Assembly: GCF_006345805.1 (NCBI RefSeq)
Contig: NW_021833230.1
Location: 1 to 64,000 of the forward strand
DNA from: Octopus sinensis
Lineage: Eukaryota
Direction of reading: 5' to 3'
DNA length: 64,000 nt
The notes below the pieces were generated by a model. It had not been told where the DNA came from and searched no databases. It saw nothing but the letters and a program-made list of their open reading frames with translations. The position numbers and the translations under genes were made by a program. Below, piece after piece: positions 61,950 to 64,000 of this stretch. Each line of letters opens with the position of its first letter. Positions within the stretch are counted from its first letter, which is position 1.

Positions 61950-62706
61950 AGGAAAGAAGGAAAGAAGGAAAGAAAGAAAGAAGGAAAGAAAGAGAGAACA
62001 GGAGGAAGATTAAGACGTCTGATGTCAAATAAGTCAACGTCGAAACAGCAGCGCTAAATAGGCATCGCCAAAATTCTAGTGAGAATTCTAGTAATAGCAA
62101 TCATTTAGCTTTGATTAAACACATTCCTCTGATCAAATACACTCCTATAATGACCAACCCCTCATTTCAGGAGTTTCTTCAGAACAATGTAATCCAATAC
62201 ATTTTTTTTCTTATTGAAAATGTAAGGTAGTGTTTTGAGCAAGTTTTGGTTGCTATTCACAGGTTCTCTGGTTGATTCCAGATCCTTCTTGCTGCTTTTT
62301 TTTTGTTTTCGATTGTTTATATGTAGTTTACTGAGAATGATTTTATTGTCTATATAGTTACTATTTTAGAATGTACAGATTTTAATCCTTTTGATACCGA
62401 TCCACCCGAGGCCATCTCTAGTGTTTAAAATGATCTAAATTAAGCTCTCCATTTAATGTTCCAAATATCAGCTAAATAATGACAAGGTTATTTTACAAGC
62501 TACATTATTTACAAAGTTAATCGAAGCAAAAGTAACGTACTTTAACAGAAATATAATAAAAGAGTGAAATACGCTTCATCGCAATGGATAACACTTCTCA
62601 GGTTTCTGCTCTTCATTTCGAGTTTGCTCTTCACTGAGAGAGAGAGGGGGGGCGAAACGAGAGAGAGAGAGAGAGAGAGAGAGGAAAGCGAGAGAGAGAA
62701 AGAGAA

Positions 62707-62738
<32 letters not shown>

Positions 62739-62906
62739 GCAGCGATGGCTTCGTATTAGCCTGGCATCATATTGACATCCTAAGTGTAAGTTCAATTCGA
62801 GTGAATCTTTGCATCGCTCAAAATCTTTTATGAAGGCAACGGCAAAGCACGAGCTCACCTCTCTTAGTATTATCATTGTTCTCACCTCCACGAATCTTTC
62901 ACTCTT

Positions 62907-63327
62907 TAGGCGGCGAGCTGGTAGAATCGTTAGCGTTCCGGGCGAAATGCTTAGCAGTATTTCGTCTGCCGCTACGTTCTGAGTTCAAATTGCACCGAGG
63001 TCGACTTTGCCTTTCATCCTTTCGGGGTCGATTAAATAAGTACCAGTTATGCACTGGAGTCGATATAATCGACTTAATCCGTTTGTCTATCCTTGTTTGT
63101 CCTCTCTGTATTTAGCCCCTTGTGGGTAGTAAAGAAATAGGTATTTCGTCTGCCGTTACGTTCTGAGTTCAAATTCCGCCGATGCCGACTTTACCTTTCA
63201 TCCTTTCGGGGTTGATTAAATAAGTACCAGTCACGCACTGGGGTCGATATGATCGACTTAATCCGTTTGTCTGTCCTTGTTTGTCCCCTCTATGTTTAGC
63301 CCATTGAGGGCAATAAAGAAATAAGAA
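62907..63327 (+). mobile_element. SINE family 1 A+A dimer
   Basis: One head, with the junction AAAGAAATAGGTATTTCG at 63131. Confidence 0.9.
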
Positions 63328-64000
63328 TCTTTTACTCTCTACCTCTTTAATAATGTAGTCGTGAAAGCATCTCTATCAGATACAGCATTTTCCCGTCTCC
63401 CTGTTACCAGAAAGAAATATCCATCGATTACCACCTGCTTCTTTCATAGCCCCAAACATCGAGTGAGGGTGAACAGCTGCAATAACGATTATAAACAGGC
63501 AGTAATTGTAGAGCTGAGATGAGTTAAATTTTACTCAATGTATACATAAGAATTTGCTAATAAAAACTATGAGCGAAAAAATATCAAATCCAAGTTACTT
63601 TCAAAAGTAAAATCGTATGTGATTGGCAGTAAATACATAATTGATTGTATTTCAAATTAGAGGATGGAAGAAATATTCTAAAAAGCCAAATTATAAGCAA
63701 TGCCTCTTGAATAATTTAGCATTTTCTGATTCTGATATTCACTGTCGATGGGTTGAGTTCTCGGTATACAGTTTTTACATTTGTTTTTGTAATATGGAGT
63801 TTCTGTATCAACAATATACTGTAAGTACATCATCTTTTTTTTATTGTGTATTTCCTTTTCGAGATTTCTAAAAACTTCTAAATCGTGAGATGGAATTATT
63901 TTTGGGGGCTTCGAATATTTTTTTCTTTGTTAATGAAGCAAGATTTAGCAAGTCAATGGATAAAAACTTAAAACAATACAGGTTGGAAATTTCACTGGCA

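Overview
Eukaryotic, AT-rich, repeat-saturated window with no intact protein-coding gene that I can identify. It looks like a large intron or intergenic region. The SINE families, mollusc-type 5S rRNA and extreme microsatellite density suggest a cephalopod (Octopus-like) genome; this is an inference. Supported content: (i) a train of (AAT)n-targeted elements at 10.4-15.1 kb, made up of a decayed R4/Dong-clade RLE LINE, a second Dong-like 3' piece caught in a fold-back inverted duplication, and a ~550-bp AAT-flanked non-coding element; (ii) a ~6.8-kb compound (CAC/CAG/CAT)n array that explains the 2314-aa ORF as a compositional artefact; (iii) more than 20 copies of a tRNA-headed SINE with two alternative tails and a recurrent fixed head-to-tail junction, plus two other SINE families; (iv) relics of RTE LINEs, Penelope-like elements, maT-like (DD37D) transposons, Helentron/Lep1-like non-autonomous elements and a long-TIR MITE; (v) a solitary diverged 5S rRNA copy; (vi) a few weak splice-signal-based exon candidates, including a 10-nt microexon. 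Nearly all ORFs in the supplied track are translations of microsatellites. The most interesting signals are mechanistic (microsatellite-targeted element train, template-switch scar, SINE self-junction); I found no new protein system. All family assignments come from my own motif recognition, not database searches.
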